Assembly: GCA_964016885.1 (NCBI GenBank)
Contig: OZ024743.1
Location: 164,300,001-164,364,000, forward strand
DNA length: 64,000 nucleotides
Direction of reading: 5' to 3'
Source of the DNA: Eledone cirrhosa
Lineage: Eukaryota
The notes beneath the pieces are model-generated. The model was not told the DNA's origin, ran no database searches, and was given only the letters and a program-made list of their open reading frames with translations. Both the position numbers and the translations under genes were made by a program. Below are positions 63,070 to 64,000 of this stretch, piece after piece (position 1 is the first letter of the stretch; each line of letters starts with the position of its first letter).

Positions 63070-63683
63070 TGGTGGCTGGCAACTCGTTTTCGAGTACGGC
63101 CACTACTTTATAACCATGTAGGAGAACCCCTACCGATACGCTGAACGAGTGTGACTTTTTAGTCCAGCCAGCAACTTGAAAACTCTGGTACAAACACTAC
63201 ACTTGTGACAATTATTGACACATAGTGCTGGGCCCATGGTACCATGTAATGACAAGTGCAGAGAGATCTCCAGATACAAAGCAATGCCTGTGCCGTGAAG
63301 CTTTTATAGTGAGCAAAGGCACTGCACAAAGCCAGTCCCACTCTCTTAACCAAGATGATATTTACCAAAAAGAAGAACAAGTCAACATCATTGGATACCA
63401 TCAGGGTTGCAGGTGTTATATCAGAGTTTTCCTTCTCCTAGAATTCTGCCTTGACAAAGGCTAAGGGGTCATCTCTCCCGGTGATTTTGGATGGCCATTG
63501 ACTCTTAAGAGCTCCTTTGCCCTTTGACAGGTTTTGTTTTTAGTCCTGCAGGATGTCCAAAGTCACCCTCCTCACCAAGAAACCTTAGTGGGGTTGCCAG
63601 TTTAGTCGCCAACGACCCGACCATGAGACAGGTTGTACTGGGATACATGTTACCAGTAGCACCAAGTGGTGACCTGACATAAC
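63070..63683 (-). repeat. Second copy of 60711-61324 (offset 2359 bp)
   Basis: 614 bp with about 3 substitutions seen by eye. Confidence 0.9.
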
Positions 63684-63703
63684 ATATATATATACATACA
63701 TAT

Positions 63704-63758
<55 letters not shown>

Positions 63759-64000
63759 CATATCTATATATATACATACATACATATCTATATATATATA
63801 TATACATACATACATATATATATACATATATATATATATATACATACATACATATCTATATATATATACATACATACATATATATATACATACATACATA
63901 TCTATATATATATACATACATATATATATCTATATATATATACATACATATATATATCTATATATATATACATACATATATATATCTATATATATATATA

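Overview
AT-rich animal genomic DNA. The repeat spectrum (huge (TA)n/(TACA)n arrays, CORE- and Meta-type tRNA SINEs, RTE, CR1, CRE and R4/Dong LINEs, Penelope-like elements) suggests an octopod cephalopod; this is an inference. Host genes: a 61-codon terminal exon of an unidentified + strand gene (2702-2887); the last two exons of a minus-strand RIG-I/Dicer-type DExD/H helicase that stops without a C-terminal regulatory domain (15169-15293 and 10769-11982; its 5' exons are not found, and a 200-N gap lies just upstream); and an egghead/bre-3 beta-1,4-mannosyltransferase with an intronless CDS (33989-35461, minus). The rest is mostly mobile DNA and microsatellite, and all long YI/YIHT-rich ORFs are repeat artefacts. 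Most notable: (1) several Penelope-associated hammerhead ribozymes, one with an ~85-nt structured stem II sitting alone between (TA)n tracts in the egh intron; (2) a C4HC3 PHD finger embedded inside the reverse transcriptase of young RTE LINEs; (3) the CTD-less RLR-like helicase; (4) a ~9.5 kb strand-asymmetric TTG(TA)n satellite bordered by inverted Penelope termini.
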